From: a virus
Direction: 5' to 3' (one strand)
Length of the DNA stretch: 64,000 nucleotides
IMG/VR virus record: IMGVR_UViG_3300020020_000001
Span: 16,171 to 80,170 of that record
A program made the position numbers and the translations under genes. This document shows positions 10,060 through 20,567 of the stretch, piece after piece; within the stretch, counting starts at the first letter, position 1, and every line of letters begins with the position of its first letter. The notes below the pieces were generated by a model. That model ran no database searches. It saw only the letters and a list, made by a program, of their open reading frames with translations, and was not told the origin of the DNA.

Positions 10060-11076
10060 TGTCTGCTCCTTCGTTGGTAACGGTTTTAGGTACTTTGCGA
10101 CTACCTTCGCTTGCTGTATAAGCTCATCCATTTCTTGTGCCTGTGGGTGCTCTCTCCAAGTTTCGTAATAGACAAATTCGATTTTGTTTGCATCAATACC
10201 CATGAGCATTTCTGGTCCGGCGACGTATCTAGCGTTTCCGATATTTGGAGAGATATCATTTTCTCTACACCAGGTACGGAAATGCATATAGTTCTTTGCT
10301 AGTACATAGAACTTCTTAGTCTGTTCCACGGTATGCCTTCGTTGGTGGATTGTATTTGTCGGCAATGGCGCGTAGTGACCCTGCAACGACCGACGCATCT
10401 GTGGAAGTTACCTCATGTACGGTTTCCCAATACGTTTCGTCTGAATACATCTCTCCGCCCTGTGGGTGTGGTACAGTTTTACGCTGTTCTTCTTGTATGG
10501 TAATTTTGATTCTTGGCATGATCGAATTCCTCTATTATATCGTTACCCAACGTAGTTGTTCCTAGTAAGGCTAGCTCTAAATCTCCTAGGTCTACTACAC
10601 ATTCGTTGATGCTGCGAAGCCAAAGTGAACCTGGTGTTCTACAATAAGTAGACACAGGATGATACATCTCAATGAGGTCTTGAGGTATCAACGACACATG
10701 AGTTTCACAAGAGAACGCACATGGTTGATACCCTTCGTCATCGCGACCAAAGATGAGTATGTGCCGAACCGTCGGCATTTTTCCACAAATATGGCCATGG
10801 TTGTCTGGATAGATATATCCACAACCTAAGTCATATGTTTGCTCAGGTCCGATTCTTGGATCCATCATTCGCGCTTCCACATCCAACCCAAACTAAATGA
10901 ATGTGCCCAGCTTTGGTAGTATTCACAGTCTACGCATCTCAGTCCATCAGTGCTAGCTATGAGCGGTTTGTGAATACTTTCAATACCGCAGGTGTATGGA
11001 TGCTGACCACTATTCCGTTGGTAAGCGTTGAAGCTTTCTACTTGTTCTTCAGTGAACGGTTGATCAATGTTTGGCA

Positions 11077-13380
11077 TTACAAGGCACTCCACCTTTTGCC
11101 TCTTGATGCGTCTACCACAAATGGTACGAAGTCGGTGAAATCTCGTCCAGCCCTAATCATAGCCTCTGTCATTATTGATGTGACTTCGTCGGCATCTACC
11201 TCTTTGCACTCGACTATCATGGCGTCATGGATGGTAAGACGAGTAGTGGCTAAGCCTTTTAGTTTGGGTTGTAAATCGATAAGGGCTGAAAGGCAGATGT
11301 CGGAGGCAATTGATTGTGGCAAGAAGCTGAGGGCTTCGTTGACAACGTCAGCTCTGTTCTGTTCTGTAATAAGCCAAAAGGATCGTTTCCGGCCAAACGG
11401 TGTAGTGAGATCTTCACCAGAAAGAACCTTATGCGTGACCGATGCCTGCCAAGATACCGTCGCTGGAATAAGCGCCTTAAAGTTCGAAAGAAGTTCCTTA
11501 GCTTCACTGACTGGCATTCCTAGTTCTACGCCAATGGATTCAGCACCACGACCGTAGGAGAGTCCATAGAATACTGACTTGATCTTTACACGTTCTTCCT
11601 TAGTCCACTTACCAGCACCATAAATCTGTTCGGTAAGCTCATCGAAGATATCACGGCTACCATCATTGAAAATTGAGGCGAGATAATCATCACGCGCTAG
11701 GGTCGTAATAACACGACCTTCGGCTTGCTTATAGTCAAGTTGTACGAGAACATTGTCCTCATGCTCAACCGTGAACTGATGCTTAATTCTCTTGTCCCGT
11801 ACGATGTTTTGCATATTTGGATTTATGGATGCCAAACGGCCAGAAGTAGTTCCATGGAGAGTGTAAGTAGTGAAGACCTTGCCATCGTGAATTCGCTTCT
11901 GAAAGCCCTTGACATAGGTACCATTGAGCTTTGTTCGTCTACGGTGCAGAAGTAGTTGCTCAATGAAGGTACGGATGTCCTGTGGGATCGTTGCCTTTTC
12001 TAGGACCTTTTCTAGTACATCAGCCTGCGTGGTCTTTAGTGCAAATCCACGATCAGCAAACCAACGCATGATTTGCATTGGTGATCTTGGATTCAAGGCT
12101 CGACCAGTTGTGCGTTCGATGGTTAGTTCTAGATCGAATAGTTCCTTTTCAAGTAGCTCTTGCAGTTCAACACTGTACTCAGTATCGAAAGTAATTCCTG
12201 CTAGCTCTAGGTTAATGATCGCATTAGCAGCTTCTACTAAGAAGTCATGCTGTTGACGTTCGCGCGGACCCATCCTGGTATCGAAGTATTCCCGCAAGTC
12301 CCAAGTAACACCGCAGTCAATTGAATTATACTTGTATAGTGCAGAGCGCTTAGGCGAGCCGTAGTTTCCACCAGTTGGAATCAGCTTCTTAAAAGCGCCT
12401 TTCCAATCGTGTGTACCTAGAATTTCAATACCTAGCTTACCTAGTGCATGGTGTCCAGGTCGTTCATCCAATGAATAGGATTGTAGCATGGTGTCTGCAA
12501 ATAGCTCTAACACACCAAAAATTGGACGCAGACCAGCTAGGTCAGACTTGCCATTGTGGGCAATGATTGGGTGTGTTTGTAAGTACTCTCTGAGCGCATC
12601 CTGCACTTCTTTTATCTTGAGTGCATTTTCACCTAGAACTACAACCTTACCTTTGTTATACGCAATACCAATACATAACAAATTATGCTGATCTGGGTGT
12701 TCGTAAGTATCGTCTTTTTCCATGCCAGTTTCGATGTCAATAACAATGGGACCCACAGGTATGGTTTGTAGCCGTCTAAGTGCTTCGACTGCTATATCAT
12801 TGTCGAAGACACGATAATCCGGTGCGTTCCATTGCTTATAAGTTTGACCACGAAGCTTGGCGGTATCTGATACCAGAGATGGAAATGCATCCGGCGCTCT
12901 AAGGCAATAAGCAGGATGCCAGGAGGCTACTACCTTCACCTCTGGATTCTCAATGTATGGCTTTGGTGGACCAATACGTAGAGAAGAAATCTTTTTCTTA
13001 GGATCAATAAGTGCACTAGCTGCGGTGCCACCCACAGCAAGTATCTTGTCGACACCACTGTTTGCTAGCTCGGCGTCGAGTCTAGGCTTACAGGCAGCAA
13101 TGGCCGACTTAGGTGGGTCAGCGTTGTCAGTGGGGCGACACAAACAGACGTTGGTTATCATTACCTCTGAGCGCTGGTAGCCATGATGGCTGAGCACCTG
13201 GTCGAGGAGACGTCCAGATGGGCCGGTGAAGGGAATACCACGACCAGCCTCATAGGCACCCGGCGCTTCACCAACGACTGCTAGCTTAGCTCTTGGCTGT
13301 GGGTTTTGCGTTGGCACGAATGGTGCATTTTGGAATACGCATTCTTCGCATTTTGCGAGTGGGTGTTTTCTCACCGGCAT
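11077..13380 (-). CDS. polA: Family A DNA polymerase with N-terminal family-4 UDG-like domain and 3'-5' exonuclease
   Basis: VGEAPG..E...G.PF.G.SG, Cys cluster and HPA (UDG4); DIET, HN.K.D (exonuclease); TSGRLAS..PN.QN, DY.Q.E.R, K...YG..YG, TIHD (polymerase). Confidence 0.95.
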   Translation of the reverse strand: MPVRKHPLAKCEECVFQNAPFVPTQNPQPRAKLAVVGEAPGAYEAGRGIPFTGPSGRLLDQVLSHHGYQRSEVMITNVCLCRPTDNADPPKSAIAACKPRLDAELANSGVDKILAVGGTAASALIDPKKKISSLRIGPPKPYIENPEVKVVASWHPAYCLRAPDAFPSLVSDTAKLRGQTYKQWNAPDYRVFDNDIAVEALRRLQTIPVGPIVIDIETGMEKDDTYEHPDQHNLLCIGIAYNKGKVVVLGENALKIKEVQDALREYLQTHPIIAHNGKSDLAGLRPIFGVLELFADTMLQSYSLDERPGHHALGKLGIEILGTHDWKGAFKKLIPTGGNYGSPKRSALYKYNSIDCGVTWDLREYFDTRMGPRERQQHDFLVEAANAIINLELAGITFDTEYSVELQELLEKELFDLELTIERTTGRALNPRSPMQIMRWFADRGFALKTTQADVLEKVLEKATIPQDIRTFIEQLLLHRRRTKLNGTYVKGFQKRIHDGKVFTTYTLHGTTSGRLASINPNMQNIVRDKRIKHQFTVEHEDNVLVQLDYKQAEGRVITTLARDDYLASIFNDGSRDIFDELTEQIYGAGKWTKEERVKIKSVFYGLSYGRGAESIGVELGMPVSEAKELLSNFKALIPATVSWQASVTHKVLSGEDLTTPFGRKRSFWLITEQNRADVVNEALSFLPQSIASDICLSALIDLQPKLKGLATTRLTIHDAMIVECKEVDADEVTSIMTEAMIRAGRDFTDFVPFVVDASRGKRWSAL

Positions 13381-14130
13381 TTATCCCCAATGTATCTGAC
13401 CAACGTGACGTACACATGTGCAACTGAAGTTATAGCAATTGTAGTGTGGATACAGACAGGTGCATGGTCGATCATCAGGAGGGTACGGTTCTGGATTATC
13501 ACATGGTTCAAATCTGAATGAAAGTTTGTGTCTATATAGGTAGCCACCCTTACCATCTAATGTACCATATAGTACACAAGAACAGTTGTGGCACTTACCC
13601 GGGTGTATCATGCTGTAGTTCTTCCCAAGTTTTGGTAAACTGGTGATACGGTTTTCCACCAGCTAACAATGCGTTAATGATATTGGTTGTTGATACCAAT
13701 GCTTCTTGAGCTGCTTTTCCAACGAACCAGTTTACGACATCGTTAGCATCACCATCAACCAAGATGAAGTCTTCAACGACTGATGAATAGATAGCAAATC
13801 TGCCGTCAGGTTGTATCATAATTTGTTGGCTCATGATGAATCAACTAATACCCTTTCAGCACTAGCGCCAAAGATCAGATCTTGCTTGGTTGTTATTTCT
13901 ACTTGGACCCACACAAGTTGGTTGCCATCTAGATGTCGCTCTTTGACATCATAGGCGATCATCTTGCAAATCTCAGAAAGATTTGCAGTTTCGTAAGTCT
14001 CAATCCTAGCTGGAACATACTTCTTCAGCTCAGATATTATACCAGATGGTATATTGTCCAGCGGTCCATGAATTCGGAAAGTTATGGAGAATCTATCTAA
14101 ATCTATTTTTGCGCCAAAATATGGCATGAT

Positions 14131-16347
14131 TTATCCACCAAAAAATCTAGGTTGCCCGTTGACCGAGTGAGAAAACATCATTTTGCGCTGTAATAATGTG
14201 GTAAATAGTAGTTCAGCGCGTCGTGAGTCAAGCTTGTATCTTCTCATTAATTCAGCGCGAGTCACACCCAGCTTTCCAGTATGAGTAATAAAGTCATGAA
14301 TCTGAGTCATGAGACGCTCATCTTGGCTGTCACCAATGCTATTTACAATCTCACTAGCGTACATGTGCCAGTGTCGACAGTAGTAAATTGCATGAATGAT
14401 GTCTTCTTCTGTGACTTTGATCGTGGTACCATCTGCACCCTGTGTGCTGGCTGCAATCAACAATGCGGCTTTAAGTGTCGACTTTGACAATCGATCATAG
14501 ACAGGAGTGAGGTGATTGAGACCACTCTCTAACGCTGAGTTTGTTAGTGTTGTTTCTAGTTTGTTATATCGAGTCCACGCTGCTGGAGTTAGCTCAGCCT
14601 CAAATTCTGGCTTGAGATTTGCAGAGCCATGTCCACCATTCATGACAACAAGTCGTGGACTGTTGTATCTAAAATTGATATCGAACAGTTCATCAGTAAT
14701 CAAACTGCGTTCTTCGATATTTACTGTCTTCGGCGGACCAACCGGACGCACCCGATCAGGGTCAGCAATAGCAGTAATGAACACAAAGCGAGGAATAAAT
14801 CCGGAATCGATGTGCCCTTCGTTAAGTAGATTTTGAATTCTTGTTTTCGTTCCAGCGGCATACATGATGAATACAGGCTTAGTGATCTTGATTTCTTCCT
14901 TGCGCAGTAGACGCTTGAGGTTGTCTCCATCGTACAACTTGGTGAAGGTCTCAGCCATCCCTGCCATGTAATCTTTGTGGGTCATAGCTTCGAGTAGTCC
15001 AGCGAATTCATCGCGATGATAAATAGATGAAGTTCCAGGACGATCTTTCAGTGCCGATAGGATGCCTTCGACTGAGCCATCTGTTGCCATAATGGCACTA
15101 GGCATGACTTCTTCAAGAACGTTCGTGGCTATCTTCATACTCGTCGTTTTACGCGTTAAAGTAGTATCTGCGAGTATCATAAACCACATGTTAGGGACAA
15201 CATTGCCAAACGATGTTGGCAATCGTAGTGCACCTGAGATAACCGCGCTTAGGATGATAAATGCACCAGCTTGGTGATACTGTGGCGCTGCGTCCGAAAG
15301 GTTGGTTGCCCATCTTATGTATCTTTCCACAAAGGTTTCTCTGGATTGTGCTAGTCTGATTTCGTCCTCAGTTATTAGGACTGGAATGGTTGATGCCGGT
15401 GTAGGAGCAAGTTTGAAATGCTCAACTTCCTTGACATAGATTTTCTTTAGCTCAGTCCAGAGATGTGACATTGGTCGACCATCACGAGCGTACTTGTTGC
15501 AGCGCGCGGTGCACATGACAACAAAGTTCTCTTCAAGTGACAGCCCAGTCTCGGCTAGTAGCTTAGCGAGTTTCCACTGAGTTGCTGACCAGTCCTGACC
15601 TTCCTCTGGCAGCTCTGTGTATAGTTCCATGATCTGTTCGGTGATATAGTATCTGGAAAGAATCTCTTTTGGTGTTTCTTGCGGCAGAGCTTCTTCTGTG
15701 GGTAAAGGATTATTGACGAACTCTAGTGCTTTGTATGCTGGGTAGCAATCGAAGTCAGTGACACGATAGAGTGCTGGACTCGTGTTAATAACGGTGACTA
15801 CGGGTGCGGTTTTTGCATCGCCATACTTATAGTTTGGAGTGTAGGGTACCCGCATTAACTGCGTTAGGTCCCAACCGCTACGGTCTGCACCTTGTGCGGC
15901 GTGAAAATATGCAATCTTTAGGCAGATCGCTTCTGCGTCTTCCGGCAGAAGCGTACTGTCCATACGCCAAAAGGCTTGCCATCTTCCATGACTCGACTGA
16001 ACTACAATTGAGGCCGGTATTTGTAAGTTCTGTGGATTACAGGTATCTAGATCAGCCCACAGGACAGTACACTTTGAGACATCACTCTTCTTTCTCCGCT
16101 TGGCGCTGAGGAGTTGTGGACAGAAATACACATGGGTAAGATTCAGAGATCCTTTGTCGATGTCTTCGCACATCGCATCCAACTCTTTTGGATACTCGAA
16201 GAACTTCTCTGAAAAGGACTTGTCTGTCTGACCCTTGTACGCAATGCACACAAAGCCAGTTTCATTGCCAAAAATTAGTCTGAAGAAGTCATGCCGACGC
16301 TCCGTTGTATGTTCTATCGCTTCCCGGAAAGTGGAGTAATGTGACAT
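14131..16347 (-). CDS. RepB-like primase fused to a DUF3987-type helicase domain
   Basis: N-terminal 'LWADLD...SS.GRWQA.W...R.P.T.N.KY'; C-terminal 'RKTT', 'DEF', 'GFIPRF'. Confidence 0.8.
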   Translation of the reverse strand: MSHYSTFREAIEHTTERRHDFFRLIFGNETGFVCIAYKGQTDKSFSEKFFEYPKELDAMCEDIDKGSLNLTHVYFCPQLLSAKRRKKSDVSKCTVLWADLDTCNPQNLQIPASIVVQSSHGRWQAFWRMDSTLLPEDAEAICLKIAYFHAAQGADRSGWDLTQLMRVPYTPNYKYGDAKTAPVVTVINTSPALYRVTDFDCYPAYKALEFVNNPLPTEEALPQETPKEILSRYYITEQIMELYTELPEEGQDWSATQWKLAKLLAETGLSLEENFVVMCTARCNKYARDGRPMSHLWTELKKIYVKEVEHFKLAPTPASTIPVLITEDEIRLAQSRETFVERYIRWATNLSDAAPQYHQAGAFIILSAVISGALRLPTSFGNVVPNMWFMILADTTLTRKTTSMKIATNVLEEVMPSAIMATDGSVEGILSALKDRPGTSSIYHRDEFAGLLEAMTHKDYMAGMAETFTKLYDGDNLKRLLRKEEIKITKPVFIMYAAGTKTRIQNLLNEGHIDSGFIPRFVFITAIADPDRVRPVGPPKTVNIEERSLITDELFDINFRYNSPRLVVMNGGHGSANLKPEFEAELTPAAWTRYNKLETTLTNSALESGLNHLTPVYDRLSKSTLKAALLIAASTQGADGTTIKVTEEDIIHAIYYCRHWHMYASEIVNSIGDSQDERLMTQIHDFITHTGKLGVTRAELMRRYKLDSRRAELLFTTLLQRKMMFSHSVNGQPRFFGG

Positions 16348-16368
16348 ACCTACTCCTCTGGGAAGTTT

Positions 16369-16402
16369 GGTAGCCAGCACCTAAGAATAAGTGCTGGCTA
16401 CC
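16369..16402 (-). terminator. Intergenic hairpin (terminator or processing site)
   Basis: 12-bp GGTAGCCAGCAC/GTGCTGGCTACC stem. Confidence 0.5.
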
Positions 16403-16414
16403 TACACTATGGTG

Positions 16415-16879
16415 CTATGGTAGAAGGGACGAATCACCAGTCTTTACACCACTGCGAGTAGGTGCCTTGAAACCCTTAACCTCGAAGCGCTCAGACAGTT
16501 CAGTACCATCTGGTAGAGTGGTGGCAGCCTTCTTGAATCCACGAACGTTTACATTCTGGCCAATGATGTCATCAAGCTGAGGGACAATGAAATCGCCAGC
16601 ATTTGTGTCATGGCCGAGTGCCTTCATAAGCTGCGCAAAGCTGTATAGCGCACCATCGAAAAGCATGACAGAAGCAATGAGTGTGGTGCCTGCGTATGCG
16701 CCATCCTGGATCACCAGGCGTAGCTGCCAGTAAGGCTTGCCAGTGTTCTTCCGTCCGGGCTTTACGTCTTTGATTTCGCCGTCAGTGATTGCTACTAGGT
16801 ACTCACCACTTGGAGGAATTTCGCGAACGGTCGAGCCGGCTTCTTGATCTGTAAAATTAACTTTCAGCGGTTGCGTCAT
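16415..16879 (-). CDS. ssDNA-binding protein (DUF669-like)
   Basis: 'P.GEY.V.I...E.K....G.PY...L.I.DG.Y.G'; next to the AAA ATPase. Confidence 0.7.
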   Translation of the reverse strand: MTQPLKVNFTDQEAGSTVREIPPSGEYLVAITDGEIKDVKPGRKNTGKPYWQLRLVIQDGAYAGTTLIASVMLFDGALYSFAQLMKALGHDTNAGDFIVPQLDDIIGQNVNVRGFKKAATTLPDGTELSERFEVKGFKAPTRSGVKTGDSSLLP

Positions 16880-17618
16880 TATCTGTTAACCCCTTGACTG
16901 CTTTCCATATGGTTGACATAGTTGGTTGCTGGATAACTTGTTCTAGTCTGTCTGTGCGATCCTTAGCCACGTTGTCTTGAGTAGCACCACACAGTAACAT
17001 TCTTCGCTGTTCTCCATCAACCTCCTTGGTATATAAATAAGATACGATGTCAAGAAAGCCTGCAACTTCATCGGCGACTTTACCAGATAGGTATGGTTTA
17101 GTTCTAGTGGTTCCGTTGCGAGGATTCTTGTCCGTCTTGGAAAGTGCAGTAAAGATGGTGTTTATTGGAAGGTCTCGGAACAGCCGGACAAACTTCCTGG
17201 TCTGCTCAATGTTGATATTCCATTCGCGAATGCCAGGTACATCGGCATCGCGGTCTTCGTGTTCTTTGACAAGCTTACGCATGATCTCATCCATGGACAT
17301 CTTCTGAATCTCAGTCAGTGAGTCCAAGACCACAGTGTTATAACCGTGGTTGTCTAGATACAGTTCATTGTAGACATTTTGCATGTCTACCCATGACTTG
17401 ATGCGTACGCTGTCAACGTTTGGGTAACGAGAGCGTAGGGATAAAGTTCCACCTTCAATGTCCAGGATCAAAACCCTGCGCATTTCCGGGACATCATCCG
17501 CTGAACCTGCTAGGGTGGTCTTACCTGCTCCGGACTCTCCATACACAAGGAAGTTGAAAACTACCGGAGCATCTGTAACTTTGACGACTGGTAGACCTGC
17601 GATGCTAGCTAGTGACAT
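16857..17618 (-). CDS. AAA_24/Sak4-like ATPase
   Basis: YGESGAGKTT, D.EGG, VVLDSLTE, AKDR. Confidence 0.85.
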   Translation of the reverse strand: MSLASIAGLPVVKVTDAPVVFNFLVYGESGAGKTTLAGSADDVPEMRRVLILDIEGGTLSLRSRYPNVDSVRIKSWVDMQNVYNELYLDNHGYNTVVLDSLTEIQKMSMDEIMRKLVKEHEDRDADVPGIREWNINIEQTRKFVRLFRDLPINTIFTALSKTDKNPRNGTTRTKPYLSGKVADEVAGFLDIVSYLYTKEVDGEQRRMLLCGATQDNVAKDRTDRLEQVIQQPTMSTIWKAVKGLTDNDATAES

Positions 17619-17685
17619 GCAAAATCCTTAATACTACTTTTGTCCGAATTGTGACGTTTCGTATTAATTTTCTTGGTGGACACTA

Positions 17686-17714
17686 AGTCTAACATCGCAG
17701 GCTAGCCAGCACAA
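17686..17714 (-). promoter_or_regulatory. Sigma70/HrdB-like promoter
   Basis: TTGTGC-17-TAGACT with extended TG. Confidence 0.5.
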
Positions 17715-17725
17715 GGCCCTATGAA

Positions 17726-18139
17726 TCAGAAAGTTTCGATGCGAGACTGCTCATAGACCTCATCGTCTTCGTCATCATCGTCGTCGTCTTCGTCGTCGTC
17801 TTCGTTCTCGTCTTCATCATCGTCTTCGAACTCGTCATCGAGGTCATCGTCTTTGGATGCTGATACGTCAGCCTTTGGTAGATCTGAGGTGTTCTTAACC
17901 TCAGTAGTGCGAGGTCCGTAACCGCCGAGAATATTAGCAGTGTACTCAACACCAGTGCTTGGGTCCTTAACAAAGTCATCGATCGACTTAACGACACTAG
18001 GATCCGCAGTTGCTGGATACGTACTAGTAACCGGGATACTTTCTTCACCGTCCACCTTGACGAAGGTATCTGGCGACGAGAATGCTGAGTTAGTGGTAGT
18101 TGGTTCGTTAGACATTAGTTCCATCTCCTTGATCGACAA
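17726..18139 (-). CDS. Highly acidic protein
   Basis: ~35-residue D/E tract at the C-terminus. Confidence 0.55.
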   Translation of the reverse strand: MSIKEMELMSNEPTTTNSAFSSPDTFVKVDGEESIPVTSTYPATADPSVVKSIDDFVKDPSTGVEYTANILGGYGPRTTEVKNTSDLPKADVSASKDDDLDDEFEDDDEDENEDDDEDDDDDDEDDEVYEQSRIETF

Positions 18140-19579
18140 GCTTACTAGATGTTGTAGATTCTTCGTTCATTTGTGTAGCGTCTGACCTGTGTTGACAGTC
18201 ACACCAAGTTCCGCCCTTGCAGTCCTTGGGCTTACTGTTGTGTGGACCCTTCTGACACGGTGGGCATACCATCACGCTGCTCCTTAGTAAGTCTGAATCA
18301 CCTTGGTAAGGTAGTAAACCCTACCTTCCTGCTGAGAATCTGTCGACTCAACTGAGCATTGAAGACCATGAACGTTGAACGTGGTAACTTCCAAGTCCAG
18401 CTTCTCTAACTCGGTCATCTTTTTGGCAATGACGATTAGCGTGTCGGCATTAACTCGCACGCTGCTCCTTCCATTTCTCGTACCAGCGGTAAAAGCGCTG
18501 TTGCTCCTTCGGGTTGTAATGTATGCAGTTATGAATCAGATGGTTGTAGCAGAAGTTACCATCTTTAGCTGGTGGATATGGGTAATGAGCGCTGTATCGT
18601 CTAAGTGCACGAAAGCGCCAATATGCTTTCGACTTGCACTTGTACTTCTCGGTGCCTGTGGGTGGCTTACCGCCCATCGAATAAATAGCTTTGAGTGGCA
18701 TGTGATTATACTTTAAGGCATCACATGTCGTAGCTTCTTTTAGTCGATCAATCCACGGTGTAGCAGCTAGTGCTTCTCGACGTTCAGCGCTTGTCAGTGC
18801 CATTAGCAACTGGCTTCCAGCGATAGATGGCGGCGACGATAGAGCTACCCACAGCAGCAGTAGCAAGGACGATAGTGATAATGTAATTAACCATTTTGTT
18901 TCCAATCATATTCGGCGCCACGCACTACGCGGCTGTCTTGAGTTTGTTCTGACATTGTAGATTCTCTGGCTTTGTAGTATGTTCCACCATCATCGCCAAG
19001 CGGCATGATGAACTTTGGTAGTGGCCATGCCATGAGTCCGGTGTGTGTCTTCTTCTTACCATCATATGGTCCACCAAGAAAAACCAGCACAAGTGGCTCA
19101 TGCCATGGCTTATCCATTATTGTGTCTTTACTATTTGTCGGTACGTTCCGCCTTCTGCAAGTAAAAGTGCGATGTAGTGTATTCGTACGGCGCTTCGGCC
19201 GGGCAGAGAAAGGATGAGATTTTCGTGAAGTAATGGTAAGTCACCTACCCACTCAGCTTGAGTGTTGTTATTTTTAGTGTATTCGATTTTCGTTATCACG
19301 TTCCGCCTAGACCTTCAGTTTCATAGTTATAGTTTGAGATAGTGTCGTCGTAAAAGATTGCCCACTCGTGTGCATCAGATTCTTTGACTGCCTTGATGTG
19401 TTCACCATACGCCTGATACCACTTCTTGCACAGAGTGTCCATAAATGCTTGCTTAGCAGCACGCCAGTCATCCACAGCTATTTCATCTGTGAAGAAACCC
19501 TCTACGTACTTGTTACCATCAACAATTGAGACATACATGCCGCTCTGTACTTCGACCCGACGCACTGTGAGAGTAAGCA

Positions 19580-20026
19580 TTACTTCTCCTTGAAGTAGCT
19601 ACCATCAGGAAGTATTACCAACGTCTCTACATTACTCTTTATTGCATATCGGTAGGTAGACCAAGTGCCAGAGCGTAAACGTTGACGATCACCTTTGGGT
19701 GCAACGATAAGTAGATCGCTGGCATCGACAATACTTTGGTTACGTACTAGGTAATCTTGATCCGCCATGATAGTAGAAGATAGCGCAACTGCAAGCTTAG
19801 ATTCGTATGTCTTGATAGTCGGCGGGTACGCCACGATAGGTATGGTTCCAAGCGTCGCAGCCATAATGGTGATCTGTTCATCGCCACCAACACAACAACC
19901 CTGATGCATACACAAACCTACAAGATCCTTAGTCATCGCATTGTACCGCAAGACGTCGAGAATTGCCTTTGCCTGTGGGCCAGTAACACCAAGCCGGGTG
20001 GCGGTGATACCAATGTGGAAAGTCAC
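19580..20026 (-). CDS. SLOG/DprA-like protein
   Basis: 'HQGCCVGGD', 'YLVRN..IVD.SD.L', 'RSGTW.T.RYA'. Confidence 0.7.
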   Translation of the reverse strand: MTFHIGITATRLGVTGPQAKAILDVLRYNAMTKDLVGLCMHQGCCVGGDEQITIMAATLGTIPIVAYPPTIKTYESKLAVALSSTIMADQDYLVRNQSIVDASDLLIVAPKGDRQRLRSGTWSTYRYAIKSNVETLVILPDGSYFKEK

Positions 20027-20213
20027 TGCGTATCCCAGCGTTGCAAAGCTTCCATTGCGGTTAGAGCAGGTACTTCTTGGTTACTATGCTCACCAGTACA
20101 CGCATTGTTGATAACACGAATGGCACACCACATCACAAAGCGCTTAGGTGTCCTGTATGAAACCCAAATAAGGAATTTGTCAACTCTTTTGCCAACTCGA
20201 TACTTCATTGGCA

Positions 20214-20567
20214 TCATGATCGCTTGTTACCGTGACGGTGTGGTCTAGTCGAATTATAAGATACTTTGTTCCAAATCGCTTGCTCAATGTCAATTTTATA
20301 GTAAGCACAAATATCTAGAACTCGAATAATAATGTCTGCCAATTCAATAGGTATACCTTCTGGCTTATGACTATCCTCAGCGTAATATGTTTCATTAAAA
20401 CCTTTGCCATTACGCCATTCAAATAGTGCCTCAGATACTTCACCATGAATGTTGGCGAGCATACCATCAAAATCACGAACTAGATCTGGTTCATAGAATC
20501 CTTTAGCAACAGAGATACTATGAATGTAATTAGCTAAATCGTTCATACTTTTTGGTGTGTCAGTCAT
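20214..20567 (-). CDS. MazG-like nucleotide pyrophosphohydrolase
   Basis: 'IH.EVSEA', 'KPEG...ELADIIIRVLD', 'K..YN..RP..HG.K'. Confidence 0.85.
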   Translation of the reverse strand: MTDTPKSMNDLANYIHSISVAKGFYEPDLVRDFDGMLANIHGEVSEALFEWRNGKGFNETYYAEDSHKPEGIPIELADIIIRVLDICAYYKIDIEQAIWNKVSYNSTRPHRHGNKRS

